A DNA stretch of 59,173 nucleotides, the filler included. It is 4 parts of 4 records of this genome, joined end to end, with 100 filler letters (N's around TTAATTAATTAA, not from the genome) between each part and the next. Parts side by side here need not be neighbours in the genome. Positions count along the whole stretch, not along the records: positions 17,127 to 34,525 come from SRR31147125_7125; 3 more parts are not named here. One strand, given 5' to 3'. Positions within the stretch are counted from its first letter, which is position 1, and every line of letters begins with the position of its first letter. Shown here piece after piece: positions 19,597 through 30,653 of the stretch. The translations under genes were made by a program, and so were the position numbers. The notes beneath the pieces were generated by a model that saw only the letters and a program-made list of their open reading frames with translations, was not told the DNA's origin and did no database searches.

Positions 19597-20736
19597 TTAC
19601 TGATCGCTAATTTTTATTACGTTGTGTGTATAAGTTCCTTCTGCCTGGAAATAAGCTATAACATCAACAATAGCCAAGTCCATAATACCATCAAACTTCC
19701 ACTTATCATCCCATCTTGATTCAGGAGTTGCAATCATGTGATAGTACTCTTCATTGCCAGAAGGACGACCATCTGTAGAGTTTAGGGTTCCCCACCATTC
19801 CAAGCTTTCGTTTCCATCACTATCCTTTATTGTCATTGTGAACTTATAGCGTTCATCGCGACCCCAACCTTCTTGTTTGAATGTAACAGGCTGACTACTT
19901 GCTTTAAAAATACCGTTGCCAATATAATCTAATGAAAATAAGTACTCATCAGTTGGACTGAAATATAAACGGAAATCAAGAACTTCGGTAATTACAGTTG
20001 ATCCTGTATTAAAATCAAGGTTAATTCGGTAAACACCTGTTGTTGCAACAGTGCTTGTTGAAGTACCTTCTTTAACTACAAAATTGTCAACATAAAATTG
20101 CCTTGGAGTACCTGCACTTGCATCGGTAAAGAAATACTCCTGACCTGCTGTAAGTTGAGTGTAAATTTCAAATTCACCAGGAGCAATTGCTTTCATTACA
20201 CTTGCATCGGCCAGATCAGCACCACCTTCAGAACTAGCTCCAGTAACATACACATCAACAGGTATGTCTGCAAAGCCTGACAAACGAGTAATTTCCATTG
20301 TTCTTACTTCCTCACCTTTCAAATCATTAATTCCTTTGGATGAGAAAACGGTCCAGACAAGTTTCCCGGTTTCAGCAGAACCGATACCAGCCATAGCTCC
20401 AATTTTATTCAACTGCTTATGTGAGATAGTAGCATGATTGTAACCACCATTGTTATCTGCAGCTAGTTTGTAAATTGGTTCTGAAAAGTCGCCACCTTCA
20501 ACATCAAAAGCAACTTCATATAAAACCATCCCGCTATCCTCAGCCTTAGCAGGCTCCCATTCAAAAAACACTGAAGCTGAAGCTGAAGTTTGCAATACAA
20601 TTGCTTTATTATTTGCAGGTTCGTACAGTGCCTGAACCGAAGTAACGCGTGTATCTCTTAATACTTCATCTTCACATCCAAACATTGCCAATAGAAATGA
20701 AGATATAATGGTCAATCTGATTAATAATGTTTTCAT
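19597..20736 (-). CDS. SusE-domain surface glycan-binding lipoprotein
   Basis: Lipobox MFGC; FEWEPA..YEVAFD..GDFS..ISHKQLN..LVWTV (SusE N-terminal domain); located directly downstream of susD. Confidence 0.8.
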   Translation of the reverse strand: MKTLLIRLTIISSFLLAMFGCEDEVLRDTRVTSVQALYEPANNKAIVLQTSASASVFFEWEPAKAEDSGMVLYEVAFDVEGGDFSEPIYKLAADNNGGYNHATISHKQLNKIGAMAGIGSAETGKLVWTVFSSKGINDLKGEEVRTMEITRLSGFADIPVDVYVTGASSEGGADLADASVMKAIAPGEFEIYTQLTAGQEYFFTDASAGTPRQFYVDNFVVKEGTSTSTVATTGVYRINLDFNTGSTVITEVLDFRLYFSPTDEYLFSLDYIGNGIFKASSQPVTFKQEGWGRDERYKFTMTIKDSDGNESLEWWGTLNSTDGRPSGNEEYYHMIATPESRWDDKWKFDGIMDLAIVDVIAYFQAEGTYTHNVIKISDQ

Positions 20737-20787
20737 AATCGATATATATTTATGTATTTTATTCTTTTTTATAATTAATTCCTTTTA

Positions 20788-22425
20788 CTAATAACCTGAA
20801 TTTTGCCCCAGATTCGGGTTCAAATCTTTTTGAGATTGAGGTACTGCCCACACGTAATCTCTTTCGGGATTGAATGATCTTTTATCAAGCCTGATGTACC
20901 CATTATCCATACTTGGATCACCGTACTTAGCTCCATGAGGATTTCCGTTCAAAACATCTTCAGCTGTTCTCCAACGGCGCAAATCAAAAATTCGCAATCC
21001 TTCCAAAGCCAATTCAACTCTTCGCTCTTGACGAATAATTGATTGTAGCTCAGATTTATTTTTAGAAGAATCATAAGCCAAAGCACTTGTATCTGTAAAT
21101 CCGGCACGAGCACGCAATGCTTTAATGGTCATATCCCAAATACCATCATTCATTTGATTCAGTTCATTTTTAGCTTCAGCATACATTAACAGGACATCTG
21201 CATAACGAATTAAAATTAGATTTAGGCCAGAAGCCATCCCTGCTAAAGCCGTAGGATCATAATACTTTCGCATGTAATAACCTGTTGAAGTTGAATTGGT
21301 TCCTTGTCCTTTATATTCATCAACAGCTGCAGATTCATCAGGAGCTGTTCCAGGCTTAATGTAAATAGTTTGAATATTTCCATCAGGTAATCTCCAGGGA
21401 AACTCGTGATATACAACAGAGGCAGTTAATCGAGGGTCACGAGCTTGATAAGGATCGTTCTCATTATAACCTGAATTTGAATCCGTAATCGGTCTTCCGT
21501 TCATCATCAAATAGTCATCTACCAATTCTTGAGTAGGCGACATTTGGTTTACCCTTGCACCTACCGAAAGTGGAGCCAAATCAAAATATTCACTCCAGGT
21601 TCGTAATGAAGGAACATACGCAATATCAAGAATTACTTCATTATTATATTCATTCTCTGGAAGAAAGATTCCTTCGTAAGATGGATAAAGGCTATAAGAG
21701 CCGTACTGATCCGAATTAATTAATTTTTCACAAGTGCTAGCTACATTTTCCCAATCATTACTATATAGATAAGTTCTTGCCTTAAAAGCAACCACAGCTC
21801 CAGAAGTAATACGTCCAAGGTCTGTATCATCATACTCTTCATTGGTCGGAAGTACATCCATAATTGCATCAAGCTCGCTACGAACAAATGCCAATACATC
21901 GGCTTGCGGAGTTCTTGCAATTTCTTTTGATTCTACCAGCGATAAATCGTATTCAAACAAAGGTACATCACCATACCAGGTAGTTAGTCTAAAAAACAAA
22001 TAAGCACGAATAAAACGAGCCTCAGCAACCATTCTTGCCTTCAATGTTTCATCCATCCCCTCAACACGATCTACATTTTCGAGGAAAGTATGACAAGTTT
22101 TAATTCCTCCATAACAATCTTTCCATTCATTCTGAAAGCGCAAATTTGAAGCATCTGCCTGCCCCGAAGATATCACCTTTTCAGAAGATGAACCTCGGCC
22201 TTCAAAAATGTTATCACCTAAAGCTTCCGTTTTGAAGAAATAGTTTGCATTATACATCTGGCTGTAAGCCATATTCAGAACCATATTGGCTTTTTCTGTC
22301 GAAGTCCAGTAATTGGCTTCAGTAAATTTGTTTGTTGGAGCCAGATCCAACTCGTTGCAAGAGCTTAGAAGTATTAAGATCAAACCTGCAACGCCAGCAC
22401 TATATTTTAGAAATTTCTTTTTCAT
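20788..22425 (-). CDS. susD: RagB/SusD family nutrient-binding lipoprotein
   Basis: LSSC lipobox; AEARFIRAYLFF..YGDVP, RDPRL, IRYADVLLMYAEA and ERRVELALEG motifs. Confidence 0.96.
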   Translation of the reverse strand: MKKKFLKYSAGVAGLILILLSSCNELDLAPTNKFTEANYWTSTEKANMVLNMAYSQMYNANYFFKTEALGDNIFEGRGSSSEKVISSGQADASNLRFQNEWKDCYGGIKTCHTFLENVDRVEGMDETLKARMVAEARFIRAYLFFRLTTWYGDVPLFEYDLSLVESKEIARTPQADVLAFVRSELDAIMDVLPTNEEYDDTDLGRITSGAVVAFKARTYLYSNDWENVASTCEKLINSDQYGSYSLYPSYEGIFLPENEYNNEVILDIAYVPSLRTWSEYFDLAPLSVGARVNQMSPTQELVDDYLMMNGRPITDSNSGYNENDPYQARDPRLTASVVYHEFPWRLPDGNIQTIYIKPGTAPDESAAVDEYKGQGTNSTSTGYYMRKYYDPTALAGMASGLNLILIRYADVLLMYAEAKNELNQMNDGIWDMTIKALRARAGFTDTSALAYDSSKNKSELQSIIRQERRVELALEGLRIFDLRRWRTAEDVLNGNPHGAKYGDPSMDNGYIRLDKRSFNPERDYVWAVPQSQKDLNPNLGQNSGY

Positions 22426-22436
22426 CTAATTCATTT

Positions 22437-25400
22437 TTAAAATTCTAGATCCAAACCAAATCCATAGTACTTAAGCGTAGGATAATTTCTGCCACTGTTT
22501 GCTCCAGTACCTCCGGTACCACCCATATTACTTCCGAATTCGGTTGATTCAGGATCGATAAAAGAGACATTGGAGAGTGTAAACAAGTTTTGTGCATTTA
22601 CGCTCAAGCGAAGTTTTTGTATCCCCAACTTTGAGGTTATCTGACGAGGAACAGTATATCCCAATTGGATATTCTTCAATCGCACATAAGATGCGTTGAA
22701 TAAATAGATATCCGAATTTTTATGGTAGTTGTTCGCATTCGAAGCTGATCCTGGAGCTGCTAATCTGGGCCATTCGGCATTTGGATTAACTGGGGTCCAG
22801 AAATCCAGCTGATGGTTATAAATAACATAGGAATAATTTGCATGGAACGGTTCTACCAATTCGCCACGAAGGAACATATCACGTTTTCCTACTCCCTGTA
22901 TTAAAACACCAAGGTCAAAACCTTTCCAGCTTAAATCGTAGTTTAAGCCAACAGTGTAACGAGGAAAAGCATTTCCTAATACCTGACGATCTTTATCATC
23001 AATAATACCATCGTTATTACTATCAACATACTTCACATCTCCCGGTTCTACAGTAGACCCAATAGGTAAAGCGCTGTTTGCAATTTCTTCGTAACTCTGA
23101 AATAGACCATCGGTTTTGTATCCATAATAAGATCCTAAAGCAACCCCTTCACGGATAATCTTTTTCATCTCATCATTAGAGTCTATCTGCTCATTTCCAC
23201 CAAAATCAACTACTTTATTTTTAGAATCAGCAATATTCATTCTTATATTATGATCAAAACTACCCGTTCTTGCGTGGTAATTCAAGGTGGCTTCCCAACC
23301 TATGTTTCTCATATCACCTGCATTTTCTTTTGCAACTGCTCCTCCAAATACAGAAGGCACCACAGGGGTTAGCAAAATTTGAGAGGTAAGTTTATTAAAG
23401 TAATCTAATGCAACAGAAAGCTTATTATTGAAGAAAGTTGCATCGGCACCAATATTAAAGTTTGCAGATTGTTCCCATTGCAACGAACTGTTTCCAAAAT
23501 CGAAACCTGTACCCGATACCGCTTCATTATTGAAGCCATAGGAGTTATTATATACAGTATAGGTTGTGAAATAAGAATAATCATCGACATTCTGGTTCCC
23601 AAGAACACCATACGAACCACGAATTTTTAAATCACCAAGACGATCTCTATATCCCGACATAAAGTCTTCTTCAGAGAGTCTCCATGCTGCAGTAAACGAT
23701 GGGAAAAATCCCCAACGGTAATCTTCGGCAAATTTCGAGGAACCATCATAACGAAAACTAACTTCACCGTAATATTTGTCCCTGAAATTATAGTTCGCTC
23801 TACCGAAAACAGAGTAAATACTTCTTTCCTGCGTTTGCGCCGGAGTATTATAACTGCCCGGATCAATTTCAGTTTCGGACTCAGGAAGACCAAGATCCCG
23901 GTCAGTATATTTCATTTTGATCTCATTTGCCTGGCGGGTATATGACTCATTTGAAACACCAAGCAAAGCCGACACACGATGATCTTCACTAAAAGTTCGG
24001 TTATAATCCAGAAGGAACTGAGTATTCAGTATATATCTCTTCTCATTATAATCTTCGGTATTCCTTGCATCATTTGCATAAGAATTTGGTTTGATTGCAG
24101 TTTCACTGGAATAGAAAGGCACTTCTAAACTCCGAATAAACCGGTGATTTGCACTCAAATCCAATCCAACCATACCTGTTGCTTTCAAGCCCTCTGCAAC
24201 TTCAAGTTCTATATTTAAACTCCCTAGAAAATTATCGTTATCATGCTTCTGATATCCACCGGCTTCAAGAAGTCCAAGAGGGTTAAACTGAGATAAAACA
24301 TCATTAATTAAGTAGTTTCCATTTTCAGCCTTCAACTTATAGTTGTAATAATTTGGGATACGAGACCCATCAACCATAAGTATGCCCGGACTGACATTAG
24401 GTGAGTTTTGCAATGTACGGTTAAATGCCATTAAGGAACTTACCTTTAGCTTTCCGTACTCATTGACCATATTCGTCCGAAAATTATAACGCTCAATTCC
24501 GAAATCGCCCACAAAATTACTTTCCTGATCATAGTATCCTACCGAAATCATATAGGTTGAATTCTCACTACCTCCGGCAATACTTGCATTGTAGTTTTGT
24601 TGCAAAGCCGATTGTAGTATTCCATCTAAAAACCATTGGCCTTCTCCGTTTTCCTGAAAGTCCCTGATTTCAGCTGGAGTATATTTTGGAGACAACCCTC
24701 CATTAATTAAGGCCTGGTTTTTCAACAAGGCATTTTCATACCCTTTTACTGGCTTAAACAATACATCTGGATCTTGCATCCCGGTCATTGTACTAACCCG
24801 CACCACAGGTTTATTATTTTTTGACCCCTTTTTAGTAGTTACTAAAATAACACCGTTCGATGACCGAGACCCATAAATTGCAGCACTACCTGCATCTTTT
24901 AAAACCGAAATATTTTCAATATCAGCGGGGTTCATATTGTTTAAACTCCCTATTTCAGTAATCATCCCGTCAATTACAATCAGCGGATCATTGTTATTCA
25001 TGGTGCTTACACCGCGAATATTAATGTTCATGCTATTGTCGTTCGGGTTCATACTTTTTTGCTGAATAATCAGGTTAGCAGAAGCACCCTGTAAAGCTTG
25101 CATGGTATTTCCAACTGGACGATTCTCTATAAGATCTGCGCTAATTTGATCAACTGAACCTGTCAAATTTTTCTTTTTCATGGTTCCATATCCAATTGCT
25201 ACAACCTCTTCAATCCCAATCGCATCTTCTTCCAAAATAATGTTAATGGTTGCTTTTCCAGCAATATCAACTTCCTGAGTTTTCATTCCAACAAATGAGA
25301 ATACCAAAATTGAATTTCCGGGAACATTAACTAATGAAAAGTTTCCATCAAAATCAGTAATCGTTCCTATTGTTGTTCCTTTAATAATAATAGAGACTCC

Positions 25401-25847
25401 GGGAAGTGATGCTCCTGAAGAATCGGATACCTTGCCACTAATGGGTATAGGTTGATTCATGAAAGAATCTTTTGAAGAAGACTCTTTGCTCATAATCATA
25501 ATCAATTTCCCTTTAACAGAATAAGTAAGACCCTGATCTTTTAATACTTCATCTAAAATTCGGAATACATCTTTATTCTGATATTCTCCACTTTGTAAAT
25601 CCGTATTTTCAATTAATTCATTTTTATAAAAAATTGAATAATTAGAGCTTTCTTCAATCTGCGAAAAAATCTTCTCAAGTGACTGATTCTCAAATTTCAG
25701 GTTTAATTTTGTTTGCTGCGCAGCTGTGTTTGCAGAAACCTGAATGAGCAGAACAAAGAAAAAGACTGTCGTAAGTTTCATAATGTTCAAAAATTTTTTA
25801 AGCACATGGCGTCGTCTAAGCCATTGCGTTAGCACATTTTTTTTCAT
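22437..25847 (-). CDS. susC: SusC/RagA TonB-dependent transducer with N-terminal STN extension
   Basis: STN region, carboxypeptidase-regulatory-like domain, VLKDAGSAAIYGSRSSNGVILVTTKKG plug, RYDGSSKF and C-terminal F. Confidence 0.97.
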   Translation of the reverse strand: MKKNVLTQWLRRRHVLKKFLNIMKLTTVFFFVLLIQVSANTAAQQTKLNLKFENQSLEKIFSQIEESSNYSIFYKNELIENTDLQSGEYQNKDVFRILDEVLKDQGLTYSVKGKLIMIMSKESSSKDSFMNQPIPISGKVSDSSGASLPGVSIIIKGTTIGTITDFDGNFSLVNVPGNSILVFSFVGMKTQEVDIAGKATINIILEEDAIGIEEVVAIGYGTMKKKNLTGSVDQISADLIENRPVGNTMQALQGASANLIIQQKSMNPNDNSMNINIRGVSTMNNNDPLIVIDGMITEIGSLNNMNPADIENISVLKDAGSAAIYGSRSSNGVILVTTKKGSKNNKPVVRVSTMTGMQDPDVLFKPVKGYENALLKNQALINGGLSPKYTPAEIRDFQENGEGQWFLDGILQSALQQNYNASIAGGSENSTYMISVGYYDQESNFVGDFGIERYNFRTNMVNEYGKLKVSSLMAFNRTLQNSPNVSPGILMVDGSRIPNYYNYKLKAENGNYLINDVLSQFNPLGLLEAGGYQKHDNDNFLGSLNIELEVAEGLKATGMVGLDLSANHRFIRSLEVPFYSSETAIKPNSYANDARNTEDYNEKRYILNTQFLLDYNRTFSEDHRVSALLGVSNESYTRQANEIKMKYTDRDLGLPESETEIDPGSYNTPAQTQERSIYSVFGRANYNFRDKYYGEVSFRYDGSSKFAEDYRWGFFPSFTAAWRLSEEDFMSGYRDRLGDLKIRGSYGVLGNQNVDDYSYFTTYTVYNNSYGFNNEAVSGTGFDFGNSSLQWEQSANFNIGADATFFNNKLSVALDYFNKLTSQILLTPVVPSVFGGAVAKENAGDMRNIGWEATLNYHARTGSFDHNIRMNIADSKNKVVDFGGNEQIDSNDEMKKIIREGVALGSYYGYKTDGLFQSYEEIANSALPIGSTVEPGDVKYVDSNNDGIIDDKDRQVLGNAFPRYTVGLNYDLSWKGFDLGVLIQGVGKRDMFLRGELVEPFHANYSYVIYNHQLDFWTPVNPNAEWPRLAAPGSASNANNYHKNSDIYLFNASYVRLKNIQLGYTVPRQITSKLGIQKLRLSVNAQNLFTLSNVSFIDPESTEFGSNMGGTGGTGANSGRNYPTLKYYGFGLDLEF

Positions 25848-25854
25848 AAATTTG
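25823..25854 (+). promoter_or_regulatory. Bacteroidota sigma70-type promoter antisense to susC (-33 aTTG; -7 TAAATTTG)
   Basis: TAnnTTTG match at 25847-25854 overlaps the susC start codon; TTG at 25824-25826 sits 20 bp upstream. Confidence 0.55.
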
Positions 25855-25857
25855 TTT

Positions 25858-25928
25858 CGATTTAAATATGTTATTTATTTCAACTATTGGGCGTTAGCAG
25901 AGGGGCCACTCCGCTAGCGTCTTTTTTT
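25858..25928 (+). ncRNA. Candidate cis-antisense sRNA to the susC 5' leader
   Basis: Bounded by the antisense promoter and by a GC-rich hairpin (25890-25921) followed by T7 on the + strand. The 5' end is approximate. Confidence 0.5.
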
Positions 25929-25930
25929 AA

Positions 25931-26914
25931 TCAATTGATCATAACTTGTATTTTTCGTGATTCATTTCTTTCATATTTTAATGGTATATATAGTTTTATT
26001 GCATCCAGTACTTGCCAAATGGTTTCTTCGTTTTTAAATACTCCAGTAAATCCCACTCCCTTTTCGCTATTGTCAATCAATTCTATATCTACATCATACC
26101 AGTTTTCCAGTCGTTTCATTAGCTCTGAAACAGAGATATTCTTAAAATTGAATTGATTGTTTACCCAACTGGAAGCCTGAGTTGTATTCCCTTCAATAAT
26201 TTGGTATTTATTATCCTTTAGAATAAAGGCCTCACCGGGCTTTAGGGTTTCTTCCACATTGTTTACTTCAATATCCACCCGCCCTTCCAGTAAGGTTATT
26301 TCTTTTCGTCCAAAATCATCATAAGCCATTACATTAAAAACAGTTCCAAGAACCCGAATATTACACTCATTTGTGTGTACGATAAATGGCATTTCCTTAT
26401 TACTTGTGACTTTGAATAATGCTTCCCCTTCTAAATCAACGGATCTTTCTTTTTCACTAGATGAATGATAGACAAGTTTCGAATTTGCATTTAACCAAAC
26501 TTCAGTTCCATCGGGTAGAGTAACTTTCGATTTGTCTCCTCGGGGAGTCTCAAAAACAAGCTCTTGTTCGTTAATTGTTTTTCCCAAGAATAAGTCCCAT
26601 TCCATTAAGCTGCCAACTAAAACTCCAACAATCAGGATTGCAGCTACAGAAGCAATTTGAAGCCATTTCTTTAGTGGTTTTACAGGCAATTCACGATTCT
26701 GCTTGTTGGCATCTATTTTATAAGAAAGACGCTTCCAGTTGACCATCGTCTGAAGATCTGAGACAGGTTCTGATTCCCATTTTATTTTCATTTGATGAAA
26801 GAGTCTTGAGTTATCTTCATCGCCCAACATTTGAGCCAGTTCTGAATATTCGTGATCTTTAAGATTACCTTGGAAGTATTGTTCTACAAGAATTTGAAAC
26901 TTCTTTTTTTCCAT
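25931..26914 (-). CDS. fecR: FecR-family anti-sigma factor
   Basis: Single TM segment, LPDGTEVWLNANSKL, VDLEGEALFKV, IRVLGTVFNV and LENWYDV motifs. Confidence 0.95.
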   Translation of the reverse strand: MEKKKFQILVEQYFQGNLKDHEYSELAQMLGDEDNSRLFHQMKIKWESEPVSDLQTMVNWKRLSYKIDANKQNRELPVKPLKKWLQIASVAAILIVGVLVGSLMEWDLFLGKTINEQELVFETPRGDKSKVTLPDGTEVWLNANSKLVYHSSSEKERSVDLEGEALFKVTSNKEMPFIVHTNECNIRVLGTVFNVMAYDDFGRKEITLLEGRVDIEVNNVEETLKPGEAFILKDNKYQIIEGNTTQASSWVNNQFNFKNISVSELMKRLENWYDVDIELIDNSEKGVGFTGVFKNEETIWQVLDAIKLYIPLKYERNESRKIQVMIN

Positions 26915-27009
26915 AATTTTGACTTTACCGTCTAATCTATTAACGATTCCAGATATCGGTTACCCATCATGCAACCAATATTTTTTTAAAATAAGTTTTG
27001 AAAAAGAAA

Positions 27010-27630
27010 CTAAGACAATAAGTTTCTAATAATGAGAATTACAATTACGAGAGGAACATCTTCATTAAATTTGTCTCGAAATTCCTTTAAGGCACGCCCA
27101 ATATGGCGTTCAACATTTTTTATATTAATATCCAGCTGTAATGCAATTTCTTTATTTTTCAACCCTTTGATCCGGCTTAAAATAAAGACTTCTTTACAGC
27201 GATCTGGTAGTGAATTTATTATTGACTCGATTTCATTACGAAGTTCTTCTTCAATTAAAACATAAGGTTCATCACCAATGAAATCGATTCTATAAAGTTC
27301 TTCTACCTCTGCTGAAATTTGAAGTTCATTCCGATTATTATTTACAACCCGAATATGTTTGATATAATCCAGACACTTATTTCGAACCATCTTAAACAGG
27401 AAAGCCTCAATATTTACACTGTAATATTCTTTCTTCTTTTCCCATATTTTTATAAAAACTTCCTGAACAATATCTTGAGAAATATCCTCATCCTTAACGA
27501 TCTTCCTGGCAAAATCATTTAAGCGAGCAAAAAATATTGAGAATAATTTTTCAAATGATTCTTTACTTTCTTTCTCACAAACATCTTTAAAAAGATGATC
27601 AACCTGTCTTTGAGTAACCGTTTTTTGCAT
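27010..27630 (-). CDS. ECF RNA polymerase sigma-70 factor (Bacteroides PUL type)
   Basis: DIVQEVFIKIWE and LPDRCKEVFILSR..GLKNKEIA motifs; adjacent to fecR and susC. Confidence 0.95.
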   Translation of the reverse strand: MQKTVTQRQVDHLFKDVCEKESKESFEKLFSIFFARLNDFARKIVKDEDISQDIVQEVFIKIWEKKKEYYSVNIEAFLFKMVRNKCLDYIKHIRVVNNNRNELQISAEVEELYRIDFIGDEPYVLIEEELRNEIESIINSLPDRCKEVFILSRIKGLKNKEIALQLDINIKNVERHIGRALKEFRDKFNEDVPLVIVILIIRNLLS

Positions 27631-27759
27631 TCAACTTAAAATATTGCCATAAAAGTAGAATCAATAAATTCATTTTCAAAAAAAGAGTTTTTAAACATTT
27701 ATGTCACTATTTCTCAAATCTATTATCAGCCCAGACAAACATCAAATAAAAGGTTAACC

Positions 27760-29672
27760 TTATACTTTAACCTCAACCAGTGCTCCTTTAATTATCTTCT
27801 CAACAACGTCTTCATCAAGTAAAGTAGTCGTATCTCCAAGGTTTGTTGCATCTCCTTCAGCAACTTTCCGCAAAATACGCCTCATTATTTTACCGCTTCT
27901 TGTTTTTGGTAGCCCAGGAACCAGCTGAACCAAATCTGGTCTCGCAATAGGTCCAATTATTTTTGTCACACCCTGCATAATACTTTTTCGAATACCTTCT
28001 TCACCCCCAGTTGATAATTCGCCACAAACAACAAAAGCATAAATTCCTTGCCCTTTAATATCGTGAGGATAACCAACCACTGCAGACTCATTTACGAGAG
28101 GATGTTCGTTAATGGCGTTCTCAATTTCAGCAGTTCCAAGTCGGTGACCTGAAACATTAATCACATCATCAACACGTCCTAAAATTCGATAATAACCATC
28201 CTCATCACGTTTTGCACCATCTCCAGTAAAATAATAATTATTGAATGTCGTAAAGTATGTTTCCCTAAAACGCTCATGATCACCCCAGAGTGTACGAGCC
28301 ATTCCGGGCCATGGGTATTTAATACAAAGATTTCCTTCAACTGAATTCCCTGTTAGTTCCTTCCCTTCCCCATCAACAATAACTGGTTGAACCCCGGGAA
28401 GTGGCATTGTTGCAAATGAAGGTTTGGTTGGCGTAACCCCTGCAATTGGAGAAATCATAACTCCCCCTGTTTCAGTCTGCCACCAGGTATCTACAATCGG
28501 ACATTTATTTTTCCCAACGTGGTCATGATACCAGTGCCAGGCTTCTTCGTTAATTGGCTCTCCAACAGTGCCCAGTACTTTTAGTGAGGAAAGATGTTTT
28601 CCATCTAAATAATCATTGCCTTTAGCCAGCAATGAACGAATAGCGGTTGGAGCTGTATAAAACTGATTTACCTGGTACTTATCTACAATATCCCAAAACC
28701 GACCTGCATCTGGCCAGGTTGGCACCCCCTCGAACATAAGTGTTTTAGCACCATTCAATAAAGGTCCGTACACAATATATGAGTGCCCAGTGATCCATCC
28801 AATATCAGCAGTACAGAAATATACGTCTCCGGCCGAATACTGGAACACATTTTTAAACGTATAAGCCGAATAAACCATGTATCCACCTGTAGTATGTACA
28901 ATGCCTTTCGGTTTTCCAGTTGAACCCGATGTGTACAAGATGAACAATTCATCTTCAGAATCCATTTCAGTGGCAACACATTCCGTTGACTGACCATCAA
29001 CTGCCTGATGCCACCAAATGTCACGCCCAACATGCATATCTACTTCCGAGTTTGTGCGCTTTAAAACCACAACGGTCTCTATTGAAGGACATGATTCCAA
29101 TGCTTCATCCGAGATTTCTTTAAGGGGTGTAATTTTTCCCCCACGAAAACCACCATCTGCAGTTAATAAAACTTTACAACTTGAATCGTTAATACGTTCA
29201 GCTAAAGCGTTGGCTGAAAAACCTGCAAATATCACAGAATGTACAGCTCCAATACGAGCACATGCCAGCAATGCGATAGCTAATTCAGGAACCATTGGCA
29301 TGTAAATAGCTACACGGTCGCCTTTTTTTACACCCAAGCGTTTTAAAGTATTCGCAAATTTATTGACTTCTTCAAAAAGTTCAGAGTATGTTAAAATACG
29401 GGTTTCGTCATTCGGATCATTTGGCTCCCAAATTATTGCTTCCTGATCACCATGCGTGTACATATTCTTCTCAAAGATATTCTCAGTTAAATTCAATTTC
29501 CCGTTTAAGAACCATTTAACATCAGGTTTCTGGAAATTCCATTCCAGAGTTTTATCCCATCTTTTCTCCAATAAAAACTTTCAGCTTGTTGTGCCCAAAA
29601 CGCTTGTGGATTTGCTACACTCTTTTGATATTCATGGATATAACCACCCAAACTGTGAATTTTATTAATCAT
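27760..29672 (-). CDS. acs: Acetate--CoA ligase (frameshift near 29562)
   Basis: ILYTSGSTGKPKG, DTWWQTETGG and LPKTRSGKIMRRILRK motifs. The true N-terminus MINKIHSLGGYIHEYQKSV..FYWRK lies in an adjacent frame; one A is missing. Confidence 0.95.
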
Positions 29673-29864
29673 GGTATTCAGTTTTATTAGTTTAGTATTA
29701 AATTCAGAATATGATTCAACTGAATACAAACAACAAGTTAAGAATGAATATGGTTGACCAAATATGGATCAAGATTTGATTTTTGTTTTCTGTAAGGTTT
29801 CTTTAAATTTAAAAGATCATAAATCGTATTTTCAGCAAAAAACCAATTTGAGTTTGAAAACCTA

Positions 29865-30533
29865 ATGAAAAAATTATCAGCAAATATTATTGGAGCAACA
29901 GGATTAGTTGGGAAACAACTGGTTCAACTTCTTATTGATGATAACCGCTTTGAGAAAATTTCAGTATTTACACGAAGAGAAATTGGTTTTTCTCATCCAA
30001 AACTATCAGAGTATATTATTGATTTCAACACAATTAAATCATGGTCAGAACTTATACAAGGTGATATCCTTTTCTCTACATTGGGAACAACAATTAAAAC
30101 AGCAGGGACTCAAGACGAACAGTACTTAGTTGATTTCACATATCAATACGAGGTGGCTAAAGCAGCATCTTCAAATGGTGTTTCAACATATGTATTGGTT
30201 TCTTCAACTGGTGCAAACTCAAAATCCAAAATTTTCTATAGCAAAATGAAAGGGCAACTTGACGAAGCTGTCCAAGAACTCAACTTTAAACAAGTTTCAA
30301 TTTTACGACCTTCAATTCTTGATGGAAATAGAAAAGAAAAAAGAAAAGGTGAAAAATTTGCACTAAAACTAAGTCACTGGCTTACAAAAATTGTTTTTAA
30401 GAAATATCGTCCGATTAAAGACATAATAGTTGCCCAGGCCATGGTTAACTCTTCTGTACTGAAAAATCAGTCAGATAAAAAATACTGTATTTATGAGTTA
30501 GATGAAGTATTTTCACTCGCAGAGAATAATTAA
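29865..30533 (+). CDS. NAD(P)-binding Rossmann protein (TIP30/CC3-like atypical SDR)
   Basis: IIGATGLVG, LGTTIKTAG, VSSTGA..FYSKMKG and RPSILDG motifs. Confidence 0.88.
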   Translation: MKKLSANIIGATGLVGKQLVQLLIDDNRFEKISVFTRREIGFSHPKLSEYIIDFNTIKSWSELIQGDILFSTLGTTIKTAGTQDEQYLVDFTYQYEVAKAASSNGVSTYVLVSSTGANSKSKIFYSKMKGQLDEAVQELNFKQVSILRPSILDGNRKEKRKGEKFALKLSHWLTKIVFKKYRPIKDIIVAQAMVNSSVLKNQSDKKYCIYELDEVFSLAENN

Positions 30534-30653
30534 AAAACTTGCAGAAAATAAAATTCTCCAATACATTTGCGCCTTTAAAAGTCTACACCAATTAGTTGAT
30601 TCGAATCACCCCCAATTGAATCCTAATTTCTGTCGGGACAACATTGATTATTT

